A stretch of 64,000 nucleotides of DNA from the human T2T-CHM13v2.0 reference genome, Homo sapiens, in assembly GCF_009914755.1 (NCBI RefSeq), contig NC_060942.1. One strand, 5' to 3'. Positions 31,521-45,854 of this stretch are shown one piece after another; within the stretch, counting starts at the first letter, position 1; the number at the start of each line of letters is the position of its first letter. The notes beneath the pieces are model-generated. The model was not told the DNA's origin, searched no databases, and was given only the letters and a program-made list of their open reading frames with translations. The translations under genes were made by a program, and so were the position numbers.

Positions 31521-33479
31521 CTCAGTTTGAACTACTTTGGCTTTATCCTGTTCGTGATTCATTGAGCTTCATGAATCCGGATATCCATTTCCCTCTCCAG
31601 ATTTGGGATGTTTTGACCATTATTTCTTTTAATAAGCTTTCTTCCTCAGTTTCTTTCTTCACCTTCTAGGATTCTCAAAATGTATACATTGATTAGCTTA
31701 ATGGTGTCCTATAACTTCCTTAGGCTATCTTCAATTTTTCATTCTTTTTTTTTTCCTTTTTACTCTTCTGACTAGATAATTTCAAATGACCTGTCTTTGA
31801 GTTTGTTGATTCTTTCCTCTACTAACTCAGGTCTGCTCTTGAGCCCTGTAGTGATTATTTTCAGTTCAGTTAATATTCTTCAGCTTTACAATTTGTGTTT
31901 TGTTCTCTGTTTTATAGTTTCTATTTCTTTGTTGATATTCTAATTTTATGCATACATAGTTTTCTGATTTCCCTCAGTTGCCTGTGTTCTCTGGTAACTC
32001 TCTGAGCTTCATAAGATGATTATTTTTAATTCTTTGTCTGATCTCTGTCTATAGATCTCCATTTCTTTAGGGTAGGTTACTGGTGATTTGTTTTGTTCAT
32101 TTAGTTGTGTCCCATTTCCCTCTTTCTTCATGTTCCTTATAGCTTTATGTTGGTATCTGTCCATTTGAAGAAACAGCCACCTCTCCCAGTCCTTATGGCT
32201 TTAGCAGGGAAAGATCTTCACCAATCAGCCTAGCTATAGATTCTGGGAAGCTCTCAAACTTTTTCTGTGGATGTGTCTTCCCTGGACTTGTGCATTTTAA
32301 TTATAGGGATTTACTGGTTTCTTTTTTCAGGAGCCCATAATCTCTTGCTCCTTCTGGTGTCTCACTACTATACCATAGGCCAGGGTGCCCCACTCTTCTC
32401 CCTCCCTCCGTGGGGAGAAGTCATGAGTTTTGCACCTTTTCCCAATCAGCCAGAGCTGTGCTGGCCACAGCAAACCAACTGCCCCTTTTCTTTGTTCTTA
32501 GCTTTCCTCAGGCATTTAAACTATTCTTTGTCCCTCAGCACGCTGGGTGAAGCAAGATATAAATTGGTCCCTTGGGCAACACATAAAAAATTCAGAGTTG
32601 GATATTAATTCCACTCTCTCGGGGAGAGTGAGGCCAGGGTGGTCTTTCTGGGCACTGTGCTGTGCCAGCTTGGGGGCAGGCCCGACGTGCATAAAATTGA
32701 ATTGCCCTTTTTACCTCTTTTAATGCAACTGCTTTGGCTTTTTACTTATCTGGAGTACTGTGACTTCTTAACTGGATTCTAGAGCTCTCATAAAGGTGTT
32801 TTGGCCCATATATTTTGTTACATCAATTTTTCAGCAGGGCAATAAATTTTTCAGCGGGGCTGGGACTTTCTATTTTGCCATCTTGCTGACATCACTCTCA
32901 AAAATAAAATTGTATTATTACATAATTTAAACTCAAATAGAGACCAAAGGATGGTGTGTGAACATTTATAATTTTTTTCTATAGAGTTACCAGTCCAGTT
33001 GAAAATCTCTGATTTCTCTCCCTGTCCCATTTACTCCTTAATCCTCCCTAGCAAGCACGGATTCTTAGTTATTCAGTTCTCCCTCTACAGGAGCAGAGGA
33101 CGTGATTAGACCTGGTCAGGTCTCTCAGAAAAACATATCTACAAGGTGAACAGATTTTTTCCTTGCTCGTAGTAGCTGCCTTTCACAGACTACATTCCCT
33201 GTGTCATTCACTAGCCTATGTTTCCTTCATCCTACCTGAAACTCCCTCGTGGGCAAGGGATGAGAGAGGTGAGAAAAAGAAGGAGAGAGAAGGACCCCCT
33301 CCCAAGTCAACTGGGAATGACCAGTCTCTGATGTCCCCAGCCCATGAACACCATATGGGGCAACTGCGCTGTTTGCAGAACACTGTGAAATGCTGATATG
33401 TTTAATTCCTTCATGCTAAGAACAATTTTATCAATGAAAACTGTGTCCACAAGACATGTGTGTACAACACGAAGTGACT

Positions 33480-33996
33480 TCTGTGAGCACAGGGAGAAAA
33501 CAAATGAAGGCCACCCAAATGAGAACAAGCAGAGGCTATTTATTTAGAACTTGCTATAGCAAAAGAGTCAGTGACCATCACTTGTGTTCGGCAGACTCAA
33601 AGACAGGCAGATGAGTGGGAAAGCTTTTTAGTGGAAAAAGGAAAGGCTTCAGATATTCCCTGATTGGAGGCTGTTGGCGTGGGGAAGCTGTAGGCTGGCT
33701 AAGTGCAAAGGGGACATCCCATGCAATTGGTTAGCAGAGCATCTTTGGGTTTCTCCAGTTGGTCCTAAGTAGGAGCAAAAATTAAGCAAGTTGATAATTA
33801 TTAGTCAAGTTGTGGCCATTTGGAGCCAACTGTTACAAAGGTTATTGTTTGGCTTCCTGGAGTGGTTGCTGTTGTACTGGATACTGTCAATAATAGGTTG
33901 CCATCCTAGGCCAGTTGCTGCAGGTTGTGGGTCAGACTATATATATTTTTATATATAGCCTGGCCATTGCCTGTTTATATATTCAGTCCCTCAACA
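33480..33996 (-). mobile_element. ERV LTR remnant (family uncertain)
   Basis: LTR-like composition, several GATTGG/ATTGG boxes, ends ...ATTCAGTCCCTCAACA. Confidence 0.45.
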
Positions 33997-34535
33997 CATA
34001 TCTAGAGCGAAAACAATCATTTAAAAATAAGCAGAAAACCTCTGCTATACAAGGAAAGAACAGGCTGTAGAGCCAGGACCTGACTTGATTTCTGGCTCTG
34101 CTACCTCTGGCCGGTCACTGAGCACCTCCGAGCTCCCTTTCCTGGAGCATAAAATGAAGATGGGAATGTCGTCCAGAAAAATTGTTATGAAAATCTGCAA
34201 GGTGAGACCCATGCACAAAGCATGGTCTGGTGATTGGGGTCTCCTGCCCTTTTCCTGTCACTGCCAAGTTCACACTGAGGTCTAAAGGGCGAGGCCTAAC
34301 ACCTTCTCTGTCCTTGACACATTTGCATTTTATCAGGGATAAGGCCCAGGTTTGAAAAAAGGGAACAGCTTCAGAGTCGTGGGATTCTCAAGGGGCATCT
34401 CCGATGCCAGCAACTAAACTGCATCACAAAAGTCAGGGAAGCTTGGATTGTAGTCTCTCCCACCCTTCCTATAAATACTTCTCTTCCTGGGGCCTGCCCA
34501 CTAGGTACCCCTGCCATATTCCATCAGTGAAACGC

Positions 34536-35200
34536 ATGAACCAAAAAGTATTTGAGACAGATCTCAGTCGGTTTAGTTTCATTTTGCCAAGGTTGAGGAC
34601 AGCCCAAGGAAAAAAGACACAAGTCACAGTAGGATTTGTGGACTGTGCTTTTTCCAAAAGAGGATTTTAAGAACTTTAAAAAGGAAAGAGCAGACAGGAG
34701 GGGAAGGAGGGAAGAAAAAAAGGGACAGTAGGTGCTGAGGTGAGTGGTCACAGTCTTGTGAGGCTTTGCTGAGCGCTCGCTGAATCCACATGTGAAAGGA
34801 GGGGTAGAGGTATGTTAATTATGCGTTTGTCTCACGCTCAGTAAATCTGCATTTTATATGAGATAAAGTAAATGTAGAGTAGAGGAAGAGGTCAAATACA
34901 CATTTCTCTCAGAGGGATGATTTCTAGTCTTGTCTTTGTCCTGTACCTGTGAAGATACACTGTTAATTTATATTGTCAGGGTGAAACAAAACAAAACTCC
35001 GTTTTAGGGCTCACAAAGAATTTCCTTGTGAGCAGTTAGTGAGGGAGGCCACCTGGGGAGATAGGTGACCTATCTTCTGTCTTTGTAGCCATCTGTTTAG
35101 GAACAAAAGGAAGGCAGTTTTTGTATGATTCAGTTCCCAAGTGTAACTTTCCCTTTGGCATAGTGAGTTTAGGGTCCCGAGATTTTATTTTCCTTTCACA
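34536..35200 (-). mobile_element. MER4-family (ERV1) solo LTR
   Basis: Reverse complement begins TGTGAAAGGAAAATAAAATCTCGGGACCCTAAACTCACTATGCCAAAGGGAAAG, the MER4-type 5' end. Confidence 0.75.
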
Positions 35201-35216
35201 TTAAGGATAGCTAATG

Positions 35217-35914
<698 letters not shown>

Positions 35915-36219
35915 TTAGCCAGGGTGTGGAGGAAACAAAAGAGGGGACCAGGTCATTCTCTGGAGAAGAGCATTGGGATATGGAGAGCCAGGTGCAGATG
36001 CCCTGAGGTTTGCATGAACTGATGTGTTCAAGGAATAAGCCACAGGCCCATGGTCAACCAAGTAGGAACATATAAGGCAGTAAAAGGACCTTGGGTTTTA
36101 CTTTGGCTATTTATAATAATCCAAGCAGCCAGTAGAAGCTGGGAGCAGGGTGGTAGTAATGGACTGATGAGAAGTGGTCAAGTTCTAGATAGATTTTGAA
36201 GGCAAATTAACAATTTGCT

Positions 36220-38300
36220 AATGAACATATGAAAAAAAAAAAGCTCAACATCACTGATCATTAGAGAAGTGCAAATCAAAACTACCATGAGATACCATCT
36301 CACACCAATCAGAATGGCTATTATTAAAAAGACTACTATTAAAAAACAGATGCTGGTAAGGTTGTGGAGAAAAAGGAACGCTTATACACTGTTGGTGGGA
36401 GTGTAAATTAGTTTAACCATTGTAGAAAACAGTGTGGTGATTCCTCAAAGACCTAAAAACAGAACTACCATTCGACGCAGCAATCTCATTACTGGGTATA
36501 TACCCAAAAGAATATTGATAATCCTACTGTGTCCGGAATTGGTGGGTTCTTGGTCTCACTGACTTCAAGAATGAAGCCGCGGACCCTCGCGGTGAGTGTT
36601 ACAGTTCTTAAAGGCGGCATGTCCAGAGTTTGTTCCTTCTGACGTTCGGATGTGTTCAGAGTTTCTTCCTTCTGGTGGGTTCGTGGTCTCACTGGCTTCA
36701 GGAGTGAAGCTGCAGACCTTCGCGGTGAGTGTTACAGCTAATAAAGGCAGTGTGGACCCAAAGAGTGAGCAGCAGCAAGATTTATTGCAAAGAGTGAAGG
36801 AACACAGCTTCCATGGTGTGGAAGGGGACGGGAGCAGGTTGCCACGGCTGGCTCTGGCAGCCTGCTTTTATTCTCTTATCTGGCCCCACCCACATCCTGC
36901 TGATTGGTAGAGCTGAGTGGTCTGTTTTGACTGGGTGCTGATTGGTGCATTTACAATCCCTGAGCTAGACACAAAGGTTCTCCACCTCCCCACCAGATTA
37001 GCTAGATATAGAGTGTCCACACGAAGGTTCTCCAAGTACCCACCAGAGTAGCTAGATACAGAGTGTCGATTGGTGCATTCACAAACCCTGAGCTAGACAC
37101 AGGATGCTGATTGGTGTATTTACAAACTTTGAGCTAGATACAGAGTGCCAATTGGTGTATTTACAATCCCTGAGCTAGACATGAAAGTTCTCCACGTCCC
37201 CACCAGACTCAGGAGCCCAGCTGGCTTCACCCAGTGGATCCCGCACGGGGGCTGCAGGTGGAGCTGCCTGCCAGTCCCGCACGGTTGTGCCCACACTCCT
37301 CAGCCCTTAGGTGGTCGATGGGACTGGGTGCCTGGAGCAGGGGGCGGCGCTGGTCAGGGAGGCTCAGCTTTGCAGGAGCCCATGGAGGGTGGGGGAGGCT
37401 CACGCATGGCGGGCTGCAGGTCCCCAGCCCTGCCACGCGGGAAGGCAGCTAAGGCCCAGGGAGAAATTGAGCACAGCAGCTGCTGGCCCAGGTGCTAAGC
37501 CCCTCACTGTCTGGGGCCGGTGGGGCCAGTGGAGCCAGCCGGCCGCTCCCAGTGCGGGGTCCGCGGAGCCCACGCCCACCCGGAAGTCACACTGGCCCTG
37601 TTCCCCCGGCACCTCTCCCTCCCCGCCTCTCCCTCCACACCTCCCCGCAAGCTGAGGGAGCCGGCTCTGGCCTTGGCCAGCCCAGAAGGGGGCTCCCACA
37701 GTGCAGTGGCGGGTTGAAGGGCTCCTCAAGTGCCGCCAAAGTGGGAGCCCAGGCAGAGGAGGCCCCGAGAGCGAGTGAGGGCTGTGAGGGCTGCCAGCAC
37801 GCTGTCACCTCTCACTACCATAAAGACATATGCACACGAATGTTCATTGCAGCACTGTTCAAAATAGCAAAGACATGGAATCAAACTAAATGTCTGTTGT
37901 GGTAGACTGGATAAGAAAAATATGGTACATATACACCATGGAATATTATGCAGCCATAAAAAAAAGAACGAGGTCATGTCCTTTGCAGGAACATGGGTGG
38001 AGCTGGAATCCATTATCCTTAGCAAACTAACGTAGGAACAGAAAACCAAATACTGCATGTTCTCACTTATAAGTGGGAGATAAATGATGAGAACACATGG
38101 ACCCATAGAGGGGAACAATACACACTGGAACCTTTCAGAGGGTGGAGGTTGGGAGGAGGATCAGGAAAAACAACTAATGGATACTAGGCTTAATACCTGG
38201 GTAATGAAATAATCTGTACAATAAAACCTCAAGACACAAGTTTGCCTATATAATAAACCTGCACATGTACCTCTGAACCTAAAATGTTAAGAAAAAAAAG
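36220..38300 (+). mobile_element. L1P 3' end (ORF2 C-terminus + 3' UTR + poly-A), split by LTR12
   Basis: AGCTCAACATCACTGATCATTAGAGAA..GCAAATCAAAAC...; resumes at CTACCATAAAGACATATGCACACG after the LTR and ends ACCTGCACATGTAC..TGAACCTAAAA. Confidence 0.88.
36528..37814 (-). mobile_element. LTR12C-like (HERV9) solo LTR, antisense to GNAL
   Basis: Minus strand starts TGAGAGGTGACAGCGTGCTGGCAG and ends CCAATTCCGGACACA; internal ~41-bp repeats GATTGGTG(C/T)ATTTACAA..CCTGAGCTAGA; 4-bp TSD CTAC (36524-27 / 37815-18). Confidence 0.93.
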
Positions 38301-40079
38301 AAATCAGTCTTAAGCAAACATGCTAAACAAGTCTACTAGAAATAGGCATATGGATTGCTTGTATCTTCATATTACATGACAGTGTTAGAAGATAATCTAA
38401 TTTACTACTAAGAAATACAATCAATTATTAAATAAATAATGTTCCAGACAAAATACCTAGCAGTTTAAAAAAAAAGTTGCATTCTTTATCAGATTACCAA
38501 GGTAATACATGTTCACAGGGGAAAATTTGAAAAGTAAGGATAAAGAAGAAAAATGAAAAGAATCTTATGTGACATAATCATTTATTCTTACATTTTCTTA
38601 AATTTTTAGTGCAAATTGTCATTCATTTTTCAAGAATCTGAAAAATGACCGGCATTTATCGTTATCTTTAAGGTTAGATATTGACATTTGATTTAAGTCA
38701 TTCAGAGACAATCAGCCATAATGCAAGTGTGCTATATAATCAATACGGCAGAGTCAATAGGGTCAGGGATTTTACATTCTGTCTTTGTTTCAAAGTTTTG
38801 GTAATATAATGCACCGTTTATTTTTCTAAATATGACTATAAGTTATTTAAATGGAATAATGTTTATGAAAGACCTCTCAACATCCTTTATAAAATCATTC
38901 ACAGATTGATCTCTTATAGCCAAAAAATCAAAGCTGTACATGAAAATGGATTTTCCCCTGCTCTATCTACTTTGAAATAATGATTAGATCACAAGCATCT
39001 TCTAGCTAAGGTTTCAATCACTTTACCTCCAGTGGATATTTGTTCTCAGTGTTTCTCTGAGCAGCATTAACAATTGCCCTAATAAACCAGTTCTAAATGA
39101 GAGAACTGCACTGTACTAAGATGATGATCTGTGACTTGTTTTATTCCTCCTAGTAACTATATGTAGTGAAGAATGGTTAATGTGTTCTTTTCTGGCTTTT
39201 TTTCATTATAGTTTGTCTTAATGGTCTCAAAATGTCATGATGAATATTTTGTCAAGTTGTTTCCATTTTTAAAGCCCTGACTTTATAAAGCAAATTTAAT
39301 ATGAATTTTGTGTACCATGAATTAAATGGTACACAAACTAACAAAAAGAAAATAAAAAATTTGCTGATGAATTGGATGTAAATAGGAGAGAAGGTGAGGA
39401 GTCAAGGCTGATTGTCATTTGGTGGGGACGGATAGAGCTAAAATGTATTGAGGACCTCATATGTGTACTATATATTCTCCAAACATCACAACTATTTAAA
39501 AACATTATAACTACATAAATAGTTGAAACTGTTGTGTCTGAATTCTATCATTAAAAAAAAATGTATCCTCACAATTTAAATGAAGACACCAGTCACGTGA
39601 TGGTTGAGGATTGAAGGAGTGGAGGTGTTTGATGTGGATTTTTTTTTTAATTTATCTTCTTTACAAATGACAGGAAGACTGACAGCAGCAAAGATGTATT
39701 GCAAAACAGTCAGGGTTACCAGAGAGTCATGTTATTATAAAAGGTACCTAGTATTGCTGTATTTCAGCCTGAGTTTAGGTGGATAAAATCCAAGGCCTCG
39801 GTTTCTTCCTTTGATGACACTGGCATTTTATTCAAACAGAGGGAAACTGAGACCATCAGGCAGCTGACAGCTGAGCCTGCCTTAAATACAAGTGGAAGAA
39901 GAAATCCACGAAAATCTGGGTTCCTCTTATCTAAGTCATGCAATCTGTTGATACTAAATTGCTTGCGCCCTGGATGTGTAGTTGGGTTGTAGCTTTTGGA
40001 GACAAATCCAGCACACCTACTATTCCTTGAAGCATTTGAGTGGCTGATGCCTCACCCTGGAAGAACGGAAGCAGGCTGT

Positions 40080-40205
40080 CATGGACAGTGCAGAGCTGCA
40101 CTCACACCATGCTGCAGCAGCCATGGACAGTGCAGAGCTGCGCTCACACCATGCTGCAGCGGCCGTGGACGGTGCAGAGCTGCGCTCGCACCATGCTGCA
40201 GTGGC
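40080..40205 (+). repeat. 42-bp minisatellite, 3 copies
   Basis: CATGGACAGTGCAGAGCTGCACTCACACCATGCTGCAGCAGC at 40080, 40122 and 40164. Confidence 0.92.
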
Positions 40206-40327
40206 AACATCAAGACATTTATAGCAGCATGTGTGTGTGCCAGCAATAGAGTGCAAGAGACAGATGTCCCTGGGAGGTTGGTGGACCACACAGCATACCT
40301 ACTTGCTGTTTTGGCTTATGTTCCACA

Positions 40328-40492
40328 GCAGGGCTCCTCAACCTTTAATGAACATTTGAATCCCCAGGGATTTTGATAAAATGCAGATTCTGATTTAGTA
40401 GGTCTCAGGTGGGGCCCACAATTCTGTTTTCCTAGCAAGCACCACATGATGCTTATCAGGCTAGACTGTGAACTGTATTTTGAATAGCAAGG
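40328..40492. mobile_element. MER5-like hAT MITE
   Basis: AAAATGCAGATTCTGATTTAGTAGGTCT..GGTGGGGCCCA.AATTCTG. Confidence 0.7.
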
Positions 40493-41817
40493 TGAGTCTA
40501 GACCAAGAGTTAGCAGACTGTTTCTGTAGGATGAATAGTTTAGGTTTTATAGACTAAATGGTAAAATCAAGGATTATTATGTAGATACTTACATAAGAGG
40601 AGAGAAAACAAATTTCCACCAAATTTTTATTAATGAAATCTAAAACATAAAACAAAAATAATTGTGTACAATTTTTTGTAAGATAGGTCTACTAATAAAA
40701 AGAATGCAACTGTTTTGGGGGAGGGATAACATTTCACTAAATTAATGTTCAAAGTAAGTGCTCCCATTATCAAAATCAATAGCAGATGTCATCTGTCAAT
40801 GCTGACTTGTAGTGCGACGTTATGTGTTTCATCTTTGCAAATGTCTTTTCACTCAGACAGATACTGCCAAATATGGATGTCAGTCCACAAGCTTGTGATT
40901 TTTAATTGAGCATATTCATCATTTGGAACACATCTATAAATTGTGTTTGATTCTTCTCTTGATATCTGCCTTCTGGCATTGCATAACATTGCAAACTAAC
41001 CACTTCCAATTGAAGTTGAAGTGGAAGCTTCTCAATTGCACAGTTAAATGGATGTCGAAATTTGGAAATTTCCTTCGTACTTTTGTCAAGTTGTGAAAAG
41101 GCTCCTGGAATTGTCATTTGAGCTTGGAAAATATTTCTGCTGCAAATTTGTGTGGAAATGGAGAGCTCACTTCCTGTTTTACCTTTTGACAGCACAGGAA
41201 GTATGCAAAGCACCTTGACATTGTTTATGATTCAAGCAACATTAATGTCCCTAAATAACTTTATTGCAATATAAGATTTGCATACAGATGCAATTTTACC
41301 TTATAATTTTAGGTTGAATTACTTAAGAAACAGGTCTTCAGCAAAAGCCAATTTTCAAAGCAATTCAGTGTTCAATAATGGAGATTGTCAAAGGTTCTTC
41401 TCTTCCAGAAAAGTGTTCATCTCAGCTCTAAGTTCAAAAATTCACAATAAAACTTTACCACTGCTAAGCCACCGTACTGCTGTAAGCTAAGTCAGGATAC
41501 TCAGCTTCTGTTTTTAACAAACATTAATGAAACTGACGATGTTCACAGAAGTAAATTTCACTCCTGATGCTAAGGGTTCAAAAACTCATGACAGATTCAA
41601 ACATTGTCCGCAGAGCACTTGCTAGCGATTAGTAAGATAAATAACAATGGGATTTTAAAACCTTACATTTAACAAGCTTTGTAAATTTGTCCAACTAAAC
41701 CTTTTTCTGCTCCACAGATATTTTTACCACCATCAGTGGTCACTCATCTTAGTGGATTCCACTTATTCAAGTTCACTGAATTAATGTTTCCTTAATGCCT
41801 TTGAAAATAGTCTCACC

Positions 41818-42238
41818 GGCTGGACACGGTGACTCAAACGCCTGTAATCCTAGCACTTTGGGAGGTCGAGGTGGGCAGATCACCTGAGGTCAGCAGTTCC
41901 AGACCAGACTCGCCAACATGGTGAAACCCCGTCTCTATTAAAAATACAAAAGTTAGCCAGGCATGGTGGCAGGTACTTGTAATCCCAGCTACTCTGGAGG
42001 CTGAGACAGGAGAATCTGTCTCTGGTAGCCAGCCATCATGCCTGGCTAATTAGAGTCTAACATGCCTGGCTAGTTAGAGTCAGGTTTTCACCATGTTGGC
42101 TAGGCTGGTCTCAAACTCCCGACATCAGGTGATCTGCCCACCTTGGCCTTGAACCCTGGAGGTGCAGGTTGTGGCGAGCCAAGATCATGCCATTGCACTC
42201 CAGCCTGGGAGACAAGAGTGAAACTCTGTCTCAAAAAA

Positions 42239-42282
<44 letters not shown>
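41818..42282 (+). mobile_element. AluS with an inverted Alu-derived insertion
   Basis: TSD AAAATAGTCTCACC; (TAAA)n tail; antisense Alu sequence within ~42017-42149. Confidence 0.9.
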
Positions 42283-42934
42283 AAAATAGTCTCACCATAG
42301 CTGATTCACTAAGACAGTTCACAGAGGCTAAATTTTCAGTTCCTTTGAACTCAGCATTGACTCCTTGAATAAACAGTAACAACTGAGCATCATCGGTGTT
42401 AACATCACTAGCCAAGGAAAGCCACTCAGAATCATTCACCTTGGTTTTGAATTGACAAATAATGTTGTTCCCAACATTCTCAACTCTCCAAACAACTGTT
42501 CTTACCAAAAGACTAACAGTTTATTTTCTCTGGACACATTTCTTCAGCAGTTGCAATCAAACATGATTTAATTAACTTACCACCAGCAAATGATTTTTCC
42601 TGCTTGGCTAACAAATGAGCCACTCAGAAACTTAACTGGGGTAAAGAAAATTCTGCTGTGATGAGGCATTCCATTTTAAGTTTTCTGATTTTTCTGACCA
42701 TTGCTTTTCTGTGAGTTGGGGATATTGTGAGTGGTAGGTCTGCTAACAGTGATATGTATTATATATTCTTCTAGCATAGATATAGCATCATTGCATAGTA
42801 CAACAGTGCTTTGCCATGTAATTTGTTAGCAAATAAAGCACCCTTCACTGTACCATAAAGATGGGAGGCTCTAAGTCCACTTGTTGTTTCTTGCTTTGAC
42901 AAAGTAGGCATTTACTGATAATAAATAAAATGTT

Positions 42935-43628
<694 letters not shown>

Positions 43629-44449
43629 TTACAAACACATTTGAATTTCGTATAGTTCTCACATGTCATGAAATCATCCTCTTTTTGTTATTTTGCAACC
43701 ATTTAAAAAATGTAAAAATCATTCTTAGCTCATACAAAAACAGGCAGCAAGACAGATTTAGCCCACAGGCCTTGGTTTGCTAATCCCTGGTCTAGACTCT
43801 ATAGACAACCCCAAGCATATGAACAAGATATTCATTCTAAAAGGTCATTTTATCAAGAACGATAACTACCCCCATTTATTACTATGAAAGAGGCACATAG
43901 TGCTATTCAGATACTTATCAAATACATACAGGAACCTCAGCAGGTCCTTCACACACAAAGGTGGTGTCATCCAGGCACCCTGAAGTGCTCCAGCCCTTTG
44001 CATTAATACCCCAGAAAGGGAGGTGGGGCCCTGCAGGAAGCCCAGCCCCCTCCCGTGATATCTGAGTGTCCTTGGAGGTCCCACTCCCCTTTCTTCTGTC
44101 CTCGGGCCCTGGGAGTCACTCCCCTCTTTCCTGACACAGCCTGTCCCTCCTAGTGGGTGGCACAGTACAGGAGTGGACCTAATGGGAGTGTGGCACCTCT
44201 CCCCCACTCTGCACAGACCCTTTTGTACACAAAAAGAATTCCCTTCTCTTCTGAGCATGAAAGGCAGGCTTGGCTTGGGATGAGAAGGAACTGGTCTTTG
44301 AAAGGGGGTCGTACCCTCTAGGAGAGAGTGGAAAACAGCTGAGAGCCTATTATAGTCATTTCCTCTTGCTGCTGTCTTGAATTACAGCAAACTTAGTGGC
44401 TTGAAACAGCAACCAAATTTATTATCTTACCCGTCCTTAGGTTAGAAGC

Positions 44450-44605
44450 CTGCATTAGTCTGTTCTTGCATTGCTGGAAAGAAATGCCTGAGACTGGGAA
44501 ACTTATAAAGAAAAGAGGTTTAATTGGCTCACAGTTCCACAAGCTGTACAGAAAGCATGATGCTGGCATCTGCTCAGCCTCTGGGGGGGACCTCAGGAAA
44601 CTTAC
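44450..44605 (-). mobile_element. THE1/MST LTR fragment
   Basis: CCTGAGACTGGG.AA.TTATAAAGAAAAGAGGTTTAATTGGCTCACAGTTCC...CTCAGGAAACTTAC. Confidence 0.8.
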
Positions 44606-44759
44606 GGGGGCAGCGTTTTCAGGCTGGCTTCTTTCACTGAGCAATGTGTGTTAGTATAATATGTATTCACTTCCTAGGACTGCCCTGATAGAGCACCACA
44701 GGCTGCGTGGCTTATACAACAGAAGTGGACTTTCTCATAGTTCTGCCGGCTAAAAGGAT

Positions 44760-45472
44760 GTCCCTTCCCCACTGCTCTTCAGCAACGTCCCAGAAAGACG
44801 GTGCAGTGCTGTAGCTGTTCTCTTATTGGGGGTGCTTGCAAATCATGCAGAACCATCCACACACACGACCTGAGTCTTCTTTTCCTCTGTCGACCGATCG
44901 TAGGGAACTTCCAGTGAGGCTGTAGGTGCAGGCAGGGGACCAAAGGTATGATAGCAGGAGTGGGGACCACAGGAATTTGGGCCACTTCTGCATATAACTT
45001 CCTGGTGCCTTCGGGGCCTGCTCAGGCCCAGTCACGACTAGCCACTTCCATTTGATGATGGAGTGCTGCTGTGCACGCCTGATGTTATAGTGTCAACCCC
45101 CAGCACAGGTCCTGTGGTAACTCAGTGGCCTGTAGTCAAGCATTCAGCATCTACCAAGGCCCAGGAGCAGGCCAAGGGTTGTTTCTTAAAAGGAAAGTCC
45201 TTATCCCCAGAGAATGGTAGTGCCTTGCTCCAAAATCCTAGAGACTTGTGCTGCAGTTTGCTTGTCGGGGCCTGCCAAAGGCTCCAAACAGCATCTCCAT
45301 CTGCCTCTGACACCTCGAGCACCGTGGGGTCTGCTGGGTCATATGGCCCGAAGGGGAGAGCAGCTTGCACAGCAGCCTGGACCTGTTGCAGAGCCTTCCC
45401 TTGTTCTGGGCACCACTCAAAACTAGCAGCTTTTTGGATCACTAAATTAATGAGCCGGAGTCACACACCCAA
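44760..45472 (-). mobile_element. ERV-L (HERV-L/MLT2-int) pol fragment
   Basis: ORF 45122-45442 KAASFEW.PEQ.KALQQVQAAVQAALP.GPYDPADP.VLEVS.AD.DAVWSLWQAP...LGFWSKALP matches the ERV-L Pol connection region. Confidence 0.88.
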
Positions 45473-45473
45473 A

Positions 45474-45850
45474 TGTTAGGGGCTGCCTCCCACAAAATCA
45501 TATATTGAAGTCCTAACCCGCAGCCTCTCAGAATGTGACTGCATTTGGAGATTGGGGATTTAAAGGGTAATTAGGATAAAATGAGATTAGGATGGACCCT
45601 AATCCAGTATGCCTGTTGTCCTTATAAGAAGAGGAGATTAGGACACAGACAGGCACGGAGGTAAGACCATGTGAAGACCCAGGGAGAGGACGCCATCCGC
45701 AAGCCAGGGAAAGAGACCTCAGAAGAGACTAACTCTGCTGACACCCTGGCCTTGAACTTCTAAGCTCCAAAATTGTGAGAAAATAAATTTCTGTTGTTTA
45801 AGCCACCCAGTCTGTGATGCTTTATTATGGCAGCTCTAGTAAACGAATAT
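45474..45850 (+). mobile_element. MLT1A/B LTR
   Basis: CAAAATCATATATTGAAGTCCTAACC..CTCAGAATGTGACTG.ATTTGGAGA...GTGAGAAAATAAATTTCTGTTGTTTAAGCCACCCAGTCTGTG. Confidence 0.85.
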
Positions 45851-45854
45851 ATCA

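Noticed and set aside
39996-40376. Cys/His-rich repeat protein (HGQCRAALTPCCS)x3
   Set aside because: Translation of a 42-bp tandem repeat; non-ATG start, no splice or promoter support.
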